Shown: one piece after another, positions 1 through 8,250 of the stretch
Layout: every line of letters starts with the position of its first letter
Numbering within the stretch: the stretch's first letter is position 1
NCBI GenBank assembly: GCA_012270875.1
Contig: JAAXHI010000558.1
Coordinates: forward strand, 1,952-58,580
DNA: 56,629 bases
Source of the DNA: Candidatus Poribacteria bacterium
Lineage (GTDB): Bacteria > Poribacteria > WGA-4E > WGA-3G
Reading direction: 5' to 3'
Translations under genes and position numbers: made by a program
Notes under the pieces: generated by a model
The model's database searches: none
The model's input: the letters and a program-made list of their open reading frames with translations, nothing else
Told to the model about the DNA's origin: nothing

Positions 1-786
1 GAAGCAGAAAACGACGTGATACGCCAAATCGCTGACGACATTGTTGATGGGAAACGACCTTTCCCGGCGGATAATATGAATCAAAACGCATTGGTGAGAG
101 ACGGAAAAGTTGAGGCATCAGGTATCCACGCCATGCACAAAATCCATCATGTAAGTTGTTATATCTCCGAATTCCTCGCCCGCGTCCGCGACCCAAAACT
201 AACGGATCCGATTGTTGACTTACTCGGACCAAACCTACTCGGTCTCAACAACTTGTACATCTGGAAATCACCCAAAATTGGATTAGGGTTCCCCTGGCAC
301 CAAGATAAATGGTATTTTAACCATCAGTATAAAACTGAAATGACAGTCGGAACGTGGACAGCAATTGATCCAGCAGATAAAGAAAACGGATGTCTATACG
401 TTATTCCGGGGAGCCACAAGGGCGGCATTCTTGAACATGAAGACCTCGAAGGTTCACAACAGAGCGAGTTTAAGATCGCACGCGAGGCACGCGACGAAGA
501 GGGGGTCGCCGTTGAAGTCCCACCCGGCGGCGTCGTTTGGTTCAACAACCAACTCCTCCATAAAAGCACCGATAACCACAGCCTTCGCTTTCGACGCTGT
601 AACGTCGCGCATTATATCAGTGGCAAAGCAGAACGCGTTCCTATTAAAAATGTGAAGAATAGGCGACCTGTTATGTGGGTGCGCGGGGATACATACTCCG
701 AAAAGATGGAACCCGTCTATCGCGACGTTTTACCGATCCCAAAAATGTATCGCCAAACGGTTTCAGGAGCGTCGGACGCGCAATAA
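1..786 (+). CDS. Phytanoyl-CoA dioxygenase (PhyH) family Fe(II)/2-oxoglutarate oxygenase, probably 5'-truncated by the window edge
   Basis: ORF 16..786. The frame stays open back to nt 1. 'FPWHQDKWYF' gives the HxD iron motif, with a distal His in 'QLLHKS' and a basic 'RFRRCNVAHY' segment typical of PhyH jelly-roll oxygenases. Confidence 0.8.
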   Translation, partial: EAENDVIRQIADDIVDGKRPFPADNMNQNALVRDGKVEASGIHAMHKIHHVSCYISEFLARVRDPKLTDPIVDLLGPNLLGLNNLYIWKSPKIGLGFPWHQDKWYFNHQYKTEMTVGTWTAIDPADKENGCLYVIPGSHKGGILEHEDLEGSQQSEFKIAREARDEEGVAVEVPPGGVVWFNNQLLHKSTDNHSLRFRRCNVAHYISGKAERVPIKNVKNRRPVMWVRGDTYSEKMEPVYRDVLPIPKMYRQTVSGASDAQ

Positions 787-818
787 ATTACGCGCCGACG
801 CATCACTGAATTCAGGCA

Positions 819-2663
819 TTAATCATCATCACGTTCACTCAGCAATTCGCCACGGGCGAGACGTTCCGCGTTCTCGGTCGACCACAGAATGTTCTTCATC
901 AACTTCTGTGCCGTGATGTAACGGGTCGCTGCCAACATGTGCATCCGCCGCTCCTCATCGTCTTCCGACAAATCGTAATGCCGAAACGCGACTTCCAGCA
1001 CTTGGAACATGTGGAGTTCCGCGTCCTCGCGCAGTAGGATGTGTGCCAGTGTCCGCTTCAACGCACCAACGTCATGTCCCTCTTCCAGATATTGATTCAC
1101 CAGAATCTCTGCCTCATAGACCTTCTGGAAGTCCGCGAATTCTTGGAGTCGCGCTAACATTTTATCAACGGAGTCGTAAGTTTCATCAGGTATCCGTTGA
1201 CCCGGTTTTGGGATCCGGGCAGCAGGCATATTCAACCAACGCAAATACGCAAGGAAAACCACACCGTGGAAAATGCCGCGCAGTAAACTCGCACTCGGTG
1301 CATACGCAAAAGCGTGATAAAGCGCGTGTGCGTATGAGTAGATATTCGCCACATCGTGCCAATCGCCTTCATTCTTCAGATGGAAACGGGCTGTACGAAC
1401 CGCTGAAGCGTAAGTCATCGCACGGCAAATGTCCCTCGGATCCACACCGGCGCGCAGTTTCTCTTCGACCACAGCGACAGTCGGCTCAAACTCGTCGCCG
1501 AGCAGTGTCTGCGCAAATTCCGAAATATCGAGTTCCGATGTGTTGGCTTGATTCTCTTCCCAGATGCTATCAAGCCGCTCAAAGACCGGTTCTAACACCG
1601 GCACCGCATCCGCCCACCGCGAGGTCTCCTCATGCCGCGTCCGACTCACCAGATCAACGACAATCGGACGTAAAATCTCGTGTGCGCCATCCCATTCGAC
1701 GTAATCTAACGCCTCAAACATCTTGTTAGCGAAATCGAGGGCATGTCCATCGCCAGTAAAGTAGTAATCCGTCGCTGCTGTGTAGACGAAATCCGCCAGC
1801 ACCGATCTATCGTAATCCCGGTCGTTAAGCGTCAATAAGATACGTTCCGCTGCACCCGAGTGCCGTTTATCCACAAAGTAGCGGAACCATCGCTTGAGCG
1901 TTTCAAGATCGTGGTCCCCGTTCACTTGCGGGAACGGCGCGCGATACGAACGCGCACTTCCAGTCGTCCGACGGCTAATCTGGGTCAAACCGTGCACGAG
2001 AAACAGGTTATGGTCTTTCGGATCAACGTCGTCCCAAAGATTCGCCGCGAGCGTGAGGATCGCAACACCCGACGACCACCCATCACTACTTTTATGTGCA
2101 CCGTAGTGAAGTCCCTGTTGAATAATCTCGTTCGGTGTCGCGCCAGCATCCCGAAGCGCGGTAACAGCCTTTGCGATAAAGAAGGTACTGCGGTCTTTGA
2201 GTCCCCGTTCAAGTGAACGTTTACCGCTATCAATGACCCGCCGTTTCGCTGCCTCCCGCTCGCCTTTCGCCAATCCGACGTACAGATAACCGTCATCTCG
2301 CAATTCGACGGGAAACGCCTTCAAGTCATCGCCAAACGCCAAAAAGCATCCGCCCGATTTCAGGTCGAATTCCCAGTGGTGCCAGTGACAAATAAGCACA
2401 CCATCTCGGATACTGCCTTTCGACATAGGATACCCCATGTGTGGACAGCGGTTATCAACAGCGTAGAACTTGTCCTCAAACTTGAAAACCGCGAGGTGTG
2501 TGCCGTTGACGTGAAAAGGTTTGCCTTCCAAATCCTCGAAATCATCAGCAGGACACAATTGATGGTAAATAAGTTCCGTCTCTACCACCGCATCCACCGG
2601 CAACGCCTCAACGTGGATAGTACCCACACCGGTCTCTTGGGGGGTAAGGGTTGAAGTACGCAT
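819..2663 (-). CDS. Rieske [2Fe-2S] domain protein fused to a large all-helical C-terminal domain of unknown function
   Basis: ORF 819..2693. The start is moved to the internal ATG (MRTSTL) because AGGAG lies 8 nt upstream. The Rieske motifs 'CPHMGYP' and 'CHWHHWEF' (CxH...CxxH) are present. The remaining ~480 aa lack the canonical Rieske-oxygenase catalytic-domain motif. Confidence 0.8.
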   Translation of the reverse strand: MRTSTLTPQETGVGTIHVEALPVDAVVETELIYHQLCPADDFEDLEGKPFHVNGTHLAVFKFEDKFYAVDNRCPHMGYPMSKGSIRDGVLICHWHHWEFDLKSGGCFLAFGDDLKAFPVELRDDGYLYVGLAKGEREAAKRRVIDSGKRSLERGLKDRSTFFIAKAVTALRDAGATPNEIIQQGLHYGAHKSSDGWSSGVAILTLAANLWDDVDPKDHNLFLVHGLTQISRRTTGSARSYRAPFPQVNGDHDLETLKRWFRYFVDKRHSGAAERILLTLNDRDYDRSVLADFVYTAATDYYFTGDGHALDFANKMFEALDYVEWDGAHEILRPIVVDLVSRTRHEETSRWADAVPVLEPVFERLDSIWEENQANTSELDISEFAQTLLGDEFEPTVAVVEEKLRAGVDPRDICRAMTYASAVRTARFHLKNEGDWHDVANIYSYAHALYHAFAYAPSASLLRGIFHGVVFLAYLRWLNMPAARIPKPGQRIPDETYDSVDKMLARLQEFADFQKVYEAEILVNQYLEEGHDVGALKRTLAHILLREDAELHMFQVLEVAFRHYDLSEDDEERRMHMLAATRYITAQKLMKNILWSTENAERLARGELLSERDDD

Positions 2664-2745
2664 AATGAATCTCCTGTTGTAGGTCCGGCTCATAGAAAAT
2701 GATTTTGTTATTCTCTTCTGATTCTAATTCAAACTTGTTATATCT

Positions 2746-2774
2746 ATTATAAGGCTTATGCCCTTTTCTTACAA
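2746..2774 (-). promoter_or_regulatory. Sigma70-like promoter for the Rieske-fusion gene (TTGTAA-N17-TATAAT on the minus strand)
   Basis: The reverse complement reads TTGTAA (2774-2769), a 17-nt spacer, then TATAAT (2751-2746). It lies ~80 nt upstream of the 2663 start in an AT-rich divergent intergenic region. Confidence 0.5.
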
Positions 2775-2806
2775 GTAATTAATCAAGCTTACCAAAATCC
2801 CAAAAT

Positions 2807-2835
2807 TTGACAAAAAATTCGCTACACGCTATACT
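2807..2835 (+). promoter_or_regulatory. Sigma70-like promoter for the PhyH/HD operon (TTGACA-N17-TATACT)
   Basis: TTGACA at 2807-2812, an exact 17-nt spacer, TATACT at 2830-2835. It lies ~36 nt upstream of the ATG at 2871. Confidence 0.55.
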
Positions 2836-2870
2836 TACAAACAACAGGATCACTCGCAAGGAAGAGGACT

Positions 2871-3662
2871 ATGTCTCATCTTAATCCCGAACACCACCGA
2901 AACTGGAAAACGAACGGCTATCTGAGAATCCCGCGCTTTTTCTCTACCGAAGAAGTGGACGCGCTACAAGCATGGGTCGCTGAAATCTCGGACTGGGAAC
3001 CGACACCCGACAAGTGGATGCATCATTACGAATCCACGCCGAAGGGACCGCGGCTCTCCCGCTCAGAAAATTTCGTACCGTATCATACGGATATAAGAGC
3101 CACGGTGACAGATGGCAAAGTATTAGCCGTTGTCTCCGAGTTAATGCGTGAACCCGCAGTCCTCTATAAAGAGAAAATCAACTACAAATATCCCGGCGGC
3201 GGTGGTTATGCTGCCCATCAGGACGCGCCCGCCTACGAGTTTATCGACTACCACATCACCTGTCTAATCTCAGTGGACGCAGCAACGCCTGAAAGCGGAT
3301 GCCTCTATTTCGCACCCGGTCGGCATCAGGAAGGGTTCATCGCACTCGATGAAAAAGGCTGCGTCGCGCCCGAAACCGCTGCAACGATGACGTGGGACGC
3401 AGTGCCAACAGATCCCGGAGACATCCTCCTTTTCGGATCCTATATCCCACACAAGAGTCCGACAAATCGCTCCGACCAACCGAGACGTATTATCTATCTC
3501 ACCTACAACGCCAGATCCCAAGGCGACTGGCGCGAAAAGTATTATACCGACAAACGACAGGCTTTCTCGGAATACGCAGAAGACGGCTCAAACCGAGACA
3601 AACAAATTAGCAAAATCGCACATTTTCGAGGGAAAACAGTAAATCATGCAAAATTACGTTGA
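2871..3662 (+). CDS. PhyH-family Fe(II)/2-oxoglutarate dioxygenase (PhnY*/TmpA-like candidate)
   Basis: 263 aa. 'AAHQDAPAY' gives HxD, with a distal 'YIPHKSP' His and 'PRRIIYLTY' Arg. It overlaps the downstream HD gene by 17 nt. Confidence 0.8.
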   Translation: MSHLNPEHHRNWKTNGYLRIPRFFSTEEVDALQAWVAEISDWEPTPDKWMHHYESTPKGPRLSRSENFVPYHTDIRATVTDGKVLAVVSELMREPAVLYKEKINYKYPGGGGYAAHQDAPAYEFIDYHITCLISVDAATPESGCLYFAPGRHQEGFIALDEKGCVAPETAATMTWDAVPTDPGDILLFGSYIPHKSPTNRSDQPRRIIYLTYNARSQGDWREKYYTDKRQAFSEYAEDGSNRDKQISKIAHFRGKTVNHAKLR

Positions 3663-4245
3663 TCCGAGTCTCGCACAGGAAATGAGAGGCGCGACCGCAC
3701 AGCAACAGGTCGATGCACTCTTCGACTACATGGAAAAACGAGGACAGTCATTCTACGATGAGGTCGTGACACAGTTAGAACACGCACGCCAATGCGCCGC
3801 ACTCGCAAAACAGCACGACGCAAGTCCGACACTGATTACGGGGGCATTACTTCACGACATCGGACATATCATCTTAGATGAACACAACGCCGATAAAGCC
3901 TTCCTCGACATAGACCTGAATCACGAAGCAATTGGGGCAGCGTATCTGGCACCCTTTTTCCCAGAAGCGGTCACAACACCGATCCGGCTGCACGTGCCAG
4001 CAAAAAGGTATCTCTGTAAAACCGATGCCGCTTACCATGACGGGTTATCCGAAGCATCAAAAAGGAGCCTCATCGTTCAGGGCGGTATCATGTCAGACGA
4101 GGAGCAGGCGGCGTTTGAAGAAATCCCACATTTCCAAGACGCGCTCACACTACGCCGCTGGGACGATCTTGCAAAGGTAAAAGAATTAGAAACTCCAGAA
4201 TTAGAAACCTACCGAGACATCGTGCAGCAGTGCCTAACCCACTAA
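3646..4245 (+). CDS. HD-domain protein with a six-ligand diiron pattern, PhnZ/TmpB-like phosphonate C-P oxygenase candidate
   Basis: 199 aa. The ligand pattern is 'QLEHARQCA' (H), 'LLHDIGH' (HD plus an extra H), 'NHEAIGAAYL' (H), 'RLHVPAKRYL' (H) and 'RRWDDLAK' (D). This is the H..HD..H..H..D pattern of MIOX/PhnZ-type oxygenases, not the 4-ligand pattern of phosphohydrolases. The 'LSEASKRSLIVQGGIM' segment is PhnZ-like. Confidence 0.72.
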   Translation: MQNYVDPSLAQEMRGATAQQQVDALFDYMEKRGQSFYDEVVTQLEHARQCAALAKQHDASPTLITGALLHDIGHIILDEHNADKAFLDIDLNHEAIGAAYLAPFFPEAVTTPIRLHVPAKRYLCKTDAAYHDGLSEASKRSLIVQGGIMSDEEQAAFEEIPHFQDALTLRRWDDLAKVKELETPELETYRDIVQQCLTH

Positions 4246-4252
4246 CTAAGAA

Positions 4253-4295
4253 AAGTTTGCACGTGTGCTAAAGTTTGCACGTGTGCTAAAGTTGG
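4253..4295. repeat. Tandem 18-bp repeat (aagtttgcacgtgtgcta, two copies plus a partial) upstream of the four-helix-bundle gene
   Basis: Exact copies at 4253-4270 and 4271-4288, then a partial 'aagtt'. Confidence 0.85.
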
Positions 4296-4362
4296 AGAGA
4301 AATTTTGCCCCCAACCAAATACGCTTAACAACTTCACAACTTTACAGAACACACTTTATTTC

Positions 4363-4722
4363 ATGGATAACAAAGAATTTGCGAAACAGTTAGAGAAACG
4401 GACACAAAAATTCGCTGCGAATATCGTCCTTCTCTCCAAAAACCTCCCAGATACGCCAGAAGGACGACGCATCAGAGATCAAATAACAGGTTCCGGTACC
4501 TCTGTCGGTGCCAATTATCGAGAAGCGAATCGTGCGCGAAGCCGCCGAGACTTTCGCAATAAAATGCACATCTGCGAAGGAGAATGCTCCGAGACCCAAT
4601 ACTGGCTTGAAGTCATCGTTGATGCCAAGATGCTAAAGTGGGAAGTTGTAAAACCGACCTATGAAGAATGCAGTGAGATTCTGGGTATTTTCACTTCAGC
4701 GAATGCAAAACTTGACCGATAA
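4363..4722 (+). CDS. Four-helix-bundle protein (23S rRNA intervening-sequence protein / Avd-like family)
   Basis: 119 aa. The family signature 'GSGTSVGANYREANRARSRRDFRNKMHICEGECSETQYWLEV' is present. The gene is flanked by direct and inverted repeats. Confidence 0.85.
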   Translation: MDNKEFAKQLEKRTQKFAANIVLLSKNLPDTPEGRRIRDQITGSGTSVGANYREANRARSRRDFRNKMHICEGECSETQYWLEVIVDAKMLKWEVVKPTYEECSEILGIFTSANAKLDR

Positions 4723-4795
4723 ATAAAGAAATCCACACGCGCACTAAAGTAGGAAAGATGTTTTAGGTGCAATCAAAATCCCTAACATCTTCACA

Positions 4796-4846
4796 ACTTT
4801 ACAGACTTTAGCACACTTTACAGACTTTAGCACACTTTACAACTTT
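4796..4846. repeat. Tandem 19-bp repeat (actttacagactttagcac, ~2.6 copies) downstream of the four-helix-bundle gene
   Basis: Copies at 4796-4814 and 4815-4833 plus a partial. It contains 'ctttagcacac', the inverted complement of 'gtgtgctaaag' in the upstream tandem repeat. Confidence 0.8.
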
Positions 4847-4885
4847 CTATCGGTATCCCTTTCACAACAAAGAACTGAGGTAAAA

Positions 4886-5563
4886 ATGAGTTACGAAACA
4901 ATCGAATCAAAATTCATCGCAACGCCAGAAAAAGGCGAAGTCTCTTCAATCCTGATGCGTCCAGCCGACGCGAAATGGCTGCTCGTCCTCGGACACGGCG
5001 CAAGCACAAACATGCGTAGCGCAACGCTCCAAACGATCGCTGAACGGTTGGCGGATATAGGTATCGCAACGTTCCGTTACCAGTTCCCTTACATGGAACG
5101 CGGTGGCGGTGGTAGAGAATCGGAGGCAGTCGCACTCCAAACCGTCCGATCCGCCGCAGCAGCTGCACACGAAGCCGTAAGCGATGTATCCATCCTCGTC
5201 GGCGGACACTCCTATAGCGGACGCATGTCCTCAATGTCCGCAGCGAAAGAACCCATTGAACACGTCAAAGGTCTCGTATTTTTCGCATTCCCGCTGCATC
5301 CCTCCGGCAGAGAAGGCACAGAGCGCGCCGAGCATCTTGCCGATGTCACAATCCCGATGTTATTCCTTTCTGGCACCCGTGACAAGTTAGCAGTCCTCGA
5401 CCTATTAGAACCCGTCTGCAAAAAACTCGGCGACAAGGCGACCTTACATCTGCTGGACACAGCGGACCACGGGTTCAAGGTACTCAAACGCCGTAAAACG
5501 GAAGAAGACGTTTTCGTAGAAATGGCACGCGTACTCAGCGAATGGACTGAAACACTCAATTGA
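4886..5563 (+). CDS. Alpha/beta hydrolase (dienelactone-hydrolase / KANL3-like family)
   Basis: 225 aa. The 'GGHSYSG' nucleophile elbow (GxSxG) is present, with 'GTRD' and 'DTADHGF' as candidate acid/His positions. Confidence 0.75.
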   Translation: MSYETIESKFIATPEKGEVSSILMRPADAKWLLVLGHGASTNMRSATLQTIAERLADIGIATFRYQFPYMERGGGGRESEAVALQTVRSAAAAAHEAVSDVSILVGGHSYSGRMSSMSAAKEPIEHVKGLVFFAFPLHPSGREGTERAEHLADVTIPMLFLSGTRDKLAVLDLLEPVCKKLGDKATLHLLDTADHGFKVLKRRKTEEDVFVEMARVLSEWTETLN

Positions 5564-5596
5564 TACAAGTATAACAACAAAACTTTCAGGAGGCTT

Positions 5597-6331
5597 ATGA
5601 TGACAACGTTAAAGCGAAGTTTGGCATTCAGTTTAGGACTCTTGTTTTTCGGGGTCAATGCGTTTTGCGACGTATGGTACAGCGAGAATTTTGACGACTT
5701 CAAAGATGGCGACATCGCCGGGCAAGATGACTGGAAAACGGCAATGAACCAAAAAACTTGCCAAATTGGAAGCGAGGTGACGCGCGGGGACACTGGCAAA
5801 AGTATTCTGGTCACAGAAAACACAATGGTCACCAGAAGTTTTGACGGTACGCATGATGGGATTCAGTACACTTCACTGTTCACGCAGCGGGAAGAAGGCG
5901 CAGGCACAATGCTATTTTATATCGGTGGAGATGCCCTCAAGTGGGGCGGGGCTGCCGTATTTAACATTAAGCCGGATGCCACAATCCACGCACTCGACGG
6001 CACTGCAGGACAACAAGTAGCGGAGGGAAAATTCGGTGAATGGCATCATCTCCGTATCGTGCTTGACTTTAAAGACAGAACTTATGATTTTTACGTCGAT
6101 GACGAAAAGGTCGCCGATGATTTCGGTTTTAGAGGCGAGGGCGGCAAAGGCGGCATAAATCCGAGCCTCAGCTGGATCTTCTTCGGTTGGGACCACCCCA
6201 CCGCGCTGACCAATTATATCGATGACATCGAAATGGGAGACGGCGAAGGCGAAACGGCTGGCAAACCGCAAGCAGTCTCCGCCGCAGACAAACTCGCCAC
6301 CACTTGGGGAAAAATCAAACAGCGATTGTAG
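5597..6331 (+). CDS. Secreted jelly-roll/lectin-like protein carrying the C-terminal 'KLATTWGKIK' tail
   Basis: 244 aa. AGGAGG RBS. Signal peptide 'LAFSLGLLFFGVNAFC'. A Gly/Glu-rich linker precedes the terminal 'DKLATTWGKIKQRL'. Confidence 0.7.
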   Translation: MMTTLKRSLAFSLGLLFFGVNAFCDVWYSENFDDFKDGDIAGQDDWKTAMNQKTCQIGSEVTRGDTGKSILVTENTMVTRSFDGTHDGIQYTSLFTQREEGAGTMLFYIGGDALKWGGAAVFNIKPDATIHALDGTAGQQVAEGKFGEWHHLRIVLDFKDRTYDFYVDDEKVADDFGFRGEGGKGGINPSLSWIFFGWDHPTALTNYIDDIEMGDGEGETAGKPQAVSAADKLATTWGKIKQRL

Positions 6332-6420
6332 CATCTGTTCATGCAACGGTCAAAGTCTGTCAGTTAACAGTAACCCAACGTGAATTTGATAAATATTTAG
6401 GGAAACCGACCTATTTCCTC

Positions 6421-6459
6421 TTAAAGTCCCCCTGATAAGGGGGATTTAGGGGGTTTAAA
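6421..6459. repeat. Dispersed repeat copy with a CCCCC-tgataa-GGGGG hairpin (REP/MITE-like family)
   Basis: 'ttaaagtccccctgataagggggatttagggggtttaaa' is 39/39 identical to the reverse complement of 32453-32491. The companion motif 'gcataagtcctatta' lies ~90 nt downstream, around 6512-6526. Confidence 0.85.
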
Positions 6460-6581
6460 GGACGGAAATTACCGATTTTTGCTTCTACATGTCCGACATC
6501 TGCTCAATTTGCATAAGTCCTATTATAGTAAAGCCCGAAAAGATATGAACATTTTAGCATCCACAAAATACCCTCCCTTGC

Positions 6582-6604
6582 AGGCGGGGTTTGAAACCCC
6601 GCCT
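6582..6604. repeat. GC-rich hairpin 'aggcggggtttgaaaccccgcct' (member of the GGCGrGGTT..AACCyCGCC hairpin family)
   Basis: Inverted repeat seen directly. It is related to the two hairpins at 51762-51823. Confidence 0.6.
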
Positions 6605-6661
6605 TCTATAAGTGTATAACTCGTAGGTTGGGTTGAACGGATGCCACCAAAATAAAAAACA

Positions 6662-7804
6662 ATGCCGACACATCCGTTCAAAATCACAGCCATCGAAAGC
6701 CAACTCTACGAATGGGACAAGCCGCCCATCTGGAACGGCATGCACGTCTACGATAAAGGCAGGCTCCATCTAATAAAAGTAACCACCAAAAATGGGACAG
6801 AAGAACTTGTCGGATACGGCTTCAACGGCGGCACCGCTGCAACCCGTCCACTCTCCATATTCCCAAAATTTGTAGAACTGTTCCGTCCCGCCTTGATTGG
6901 ACACGACGTAACGGATACGGCTTATGTCTCGCGGTTAGCCGAAAACTACAAAATCTACGGACCCGGTGGGTATCACACACAGGTACTCGCAGCGATAAAT
7001 CAAGCGTGCTGGGATATCCGCGGGAAAATAGAAGGCAAATCGGTTCACGCCATACTCGGCGGGACACAGCAACGCATCCGCACCTACATTGCGGGTGGCT
7101 ACTACGGTCGCGGCAAAGGATTCGATGAACTCCGTGAAGAGATGGCGCGCAATACCGACGAATTCAACGCCACAGCAGTCAAGATGAAAATTGGAGACCC
7201 CGATGCTGGTCTTGAAACAGACATCAAACGGATTGAAGCGGTTCGCGAAACGGTCGGTCCCGATATTACCGTCATGGTAGATGCGAATTGTGCATGGTCA
7301 GTCGAAAAGGCAAAGGAGTGCCTTCCCACACTTCAGGCGAACGACATCTTCTGGTTTGAAGAACCGATCCATAGTCATGATTATAGGGGACATAAGGCAT
7401 TACGGGAAATAGCACAAGATTACGGCATACAGATCGCCACTGGCGAAAACGGATACGGACTACACTCTTTCCAGACACTCATTGATTACGAAGGTGCGGA
7501 TGTATTCAACTTGGATGTCGCCATCCTCCCCGGCTATGAGCCAGCGATGCAGGTCGTAGAAGAAGCGTTGACAGCCAATAAACGCATAGCACCGCACGGC
7601 GCGCAAGAACTGCAAATCCATATCGCTGCAAGCCGAGATAACGGACTGATGTTAGAATACTATCCACCCGCTGTCGATCCGTTGCGCGGCGAAATGTTCC
7701 TCCCACAGATAGTTTTAGATGCCGATGGATACGTCACAGTTCCGTCTCGTCCCGGCATCGGGTTTGAGCCGAATTGGGAGTTACTAAAGCATCACCGAGT
7801 GTGA
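6662..7804 (+). CDS. Enolase-superfamily enzyme (mandelate racemase / muconate lactonizing / acid-sugar dehydratase family)
   Basis: 380 aa. It has 'AVKMKIG', 'VMVDANCAW' and 'IFWFEEP' together with 'IATGEN', the typical metal-ligand strand ends of the MR/MLE fold. Confidence 0.85.
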   Translation: MPTHPFKITAIESQLYEWDKPPIWNGMHVYDKGRLHLIKVTTKNGTEELVGYGFNGGTAATRPLSIFPKFVELFRPALIGHDVTDTAYVSRLAENYKIYGPGGYHTQVLAAINQACWDIRGKIEGKSVHAILGGTQQRIRTYIAGGYYGRGKGFDELREEMARNTDEFNATAVKMKIGDPDAGLETDIKRIEAVRETVGPDITVMVDANCAWSVEKAKECLPTLQANDIFWFEEPIHSHDYRGHKALREIAQDYGIQIATGENGYGLHSFQTLIDYEGADVFNLDVAILPGYEPAMQVVEEALTANKRIAPHGAQELQIHIAASRDNGLMLEYYPPAVDPLRGEMFLPQIVLDADGYVTVPSRPGIGFEPNWELLKHHRV

Positions 7805-8037
7805 TAACAAAACTGAAGGCACATTCTTCAAATCTTAACCTTTTCTATACATTCTCACTGCCCGCGGATAGAAAAAAGAAATGTGTCACCGAATCTTAAC
7901 CCCTCTCGTTAAATATCAATAACCTAAGTTGCTACCTTAGCAAAACAGTGTTGATTTAATCATATATCCATATTAGGACGTAATAATATAATATATTTTA
8001 AGTTTTATTATGTCTTAAAATATCTAAATGTGCTTCA

Positions 8038-8059
8038 AATTTGACTTCTAAGTCAAATT
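8038..8059. promoter_or_regulatory. Perfect palindrome (aatttgactt-ct-aagtcaaatt) in an AT-rich intergenic region; candidate operator
   Basis: 10-bp arms at 8038-8047 and 8050-8059. It lies ~190 nt upstream of the 8251 start. Nearby 'cttcaaa(a)t' motifs are repeated. Confidence 0.3.
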
Positions 8060-8250
8060 AAATCTGTGTGTGACTTCAAAATCAACGGTAATCCGCATGA
8101 TATTCAAGGAAAAGTCGGATTTGAACAACTACGGTCTTTTAGGTGGCAAGTTGAGTTATCAATAGACGTAGAACTGCAAAAATCTATGTGCCAACACATA
8201 AGATGCGCCTACCATTGTAGTGAACGCATCTCTAAAAGGAGACTTTTTAT

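Noticed and set aside
1043-1729. Long antisense or alternate-frame ORFs (for example 1043..1729, 5212..5832, 12478..13143, 15260..15997, 31778..32491, 42342..42929, 48362..48985, 53281..53826)
   Set aside because: Each lies entirely within, or opposite to, a gene with strong family motifs. Their translations are Arg/Ser/Pro-rich shadow-frame sequence with no recognisable motifs or RBS.
4363-4722. Diversity-generating retroelement (the four-helix-bundle protein belongs to the Avd-like family, and lectin-fold LamG paralogs are nearby)
   Set aside because: No reverse transcriptase ORF exists anywhere in the window. No template-repeat / variable-repeat pair was seen. Differences among the LamG paralogs are spread along their length rather than concentrated in a C-terminal adenine-specific tract.
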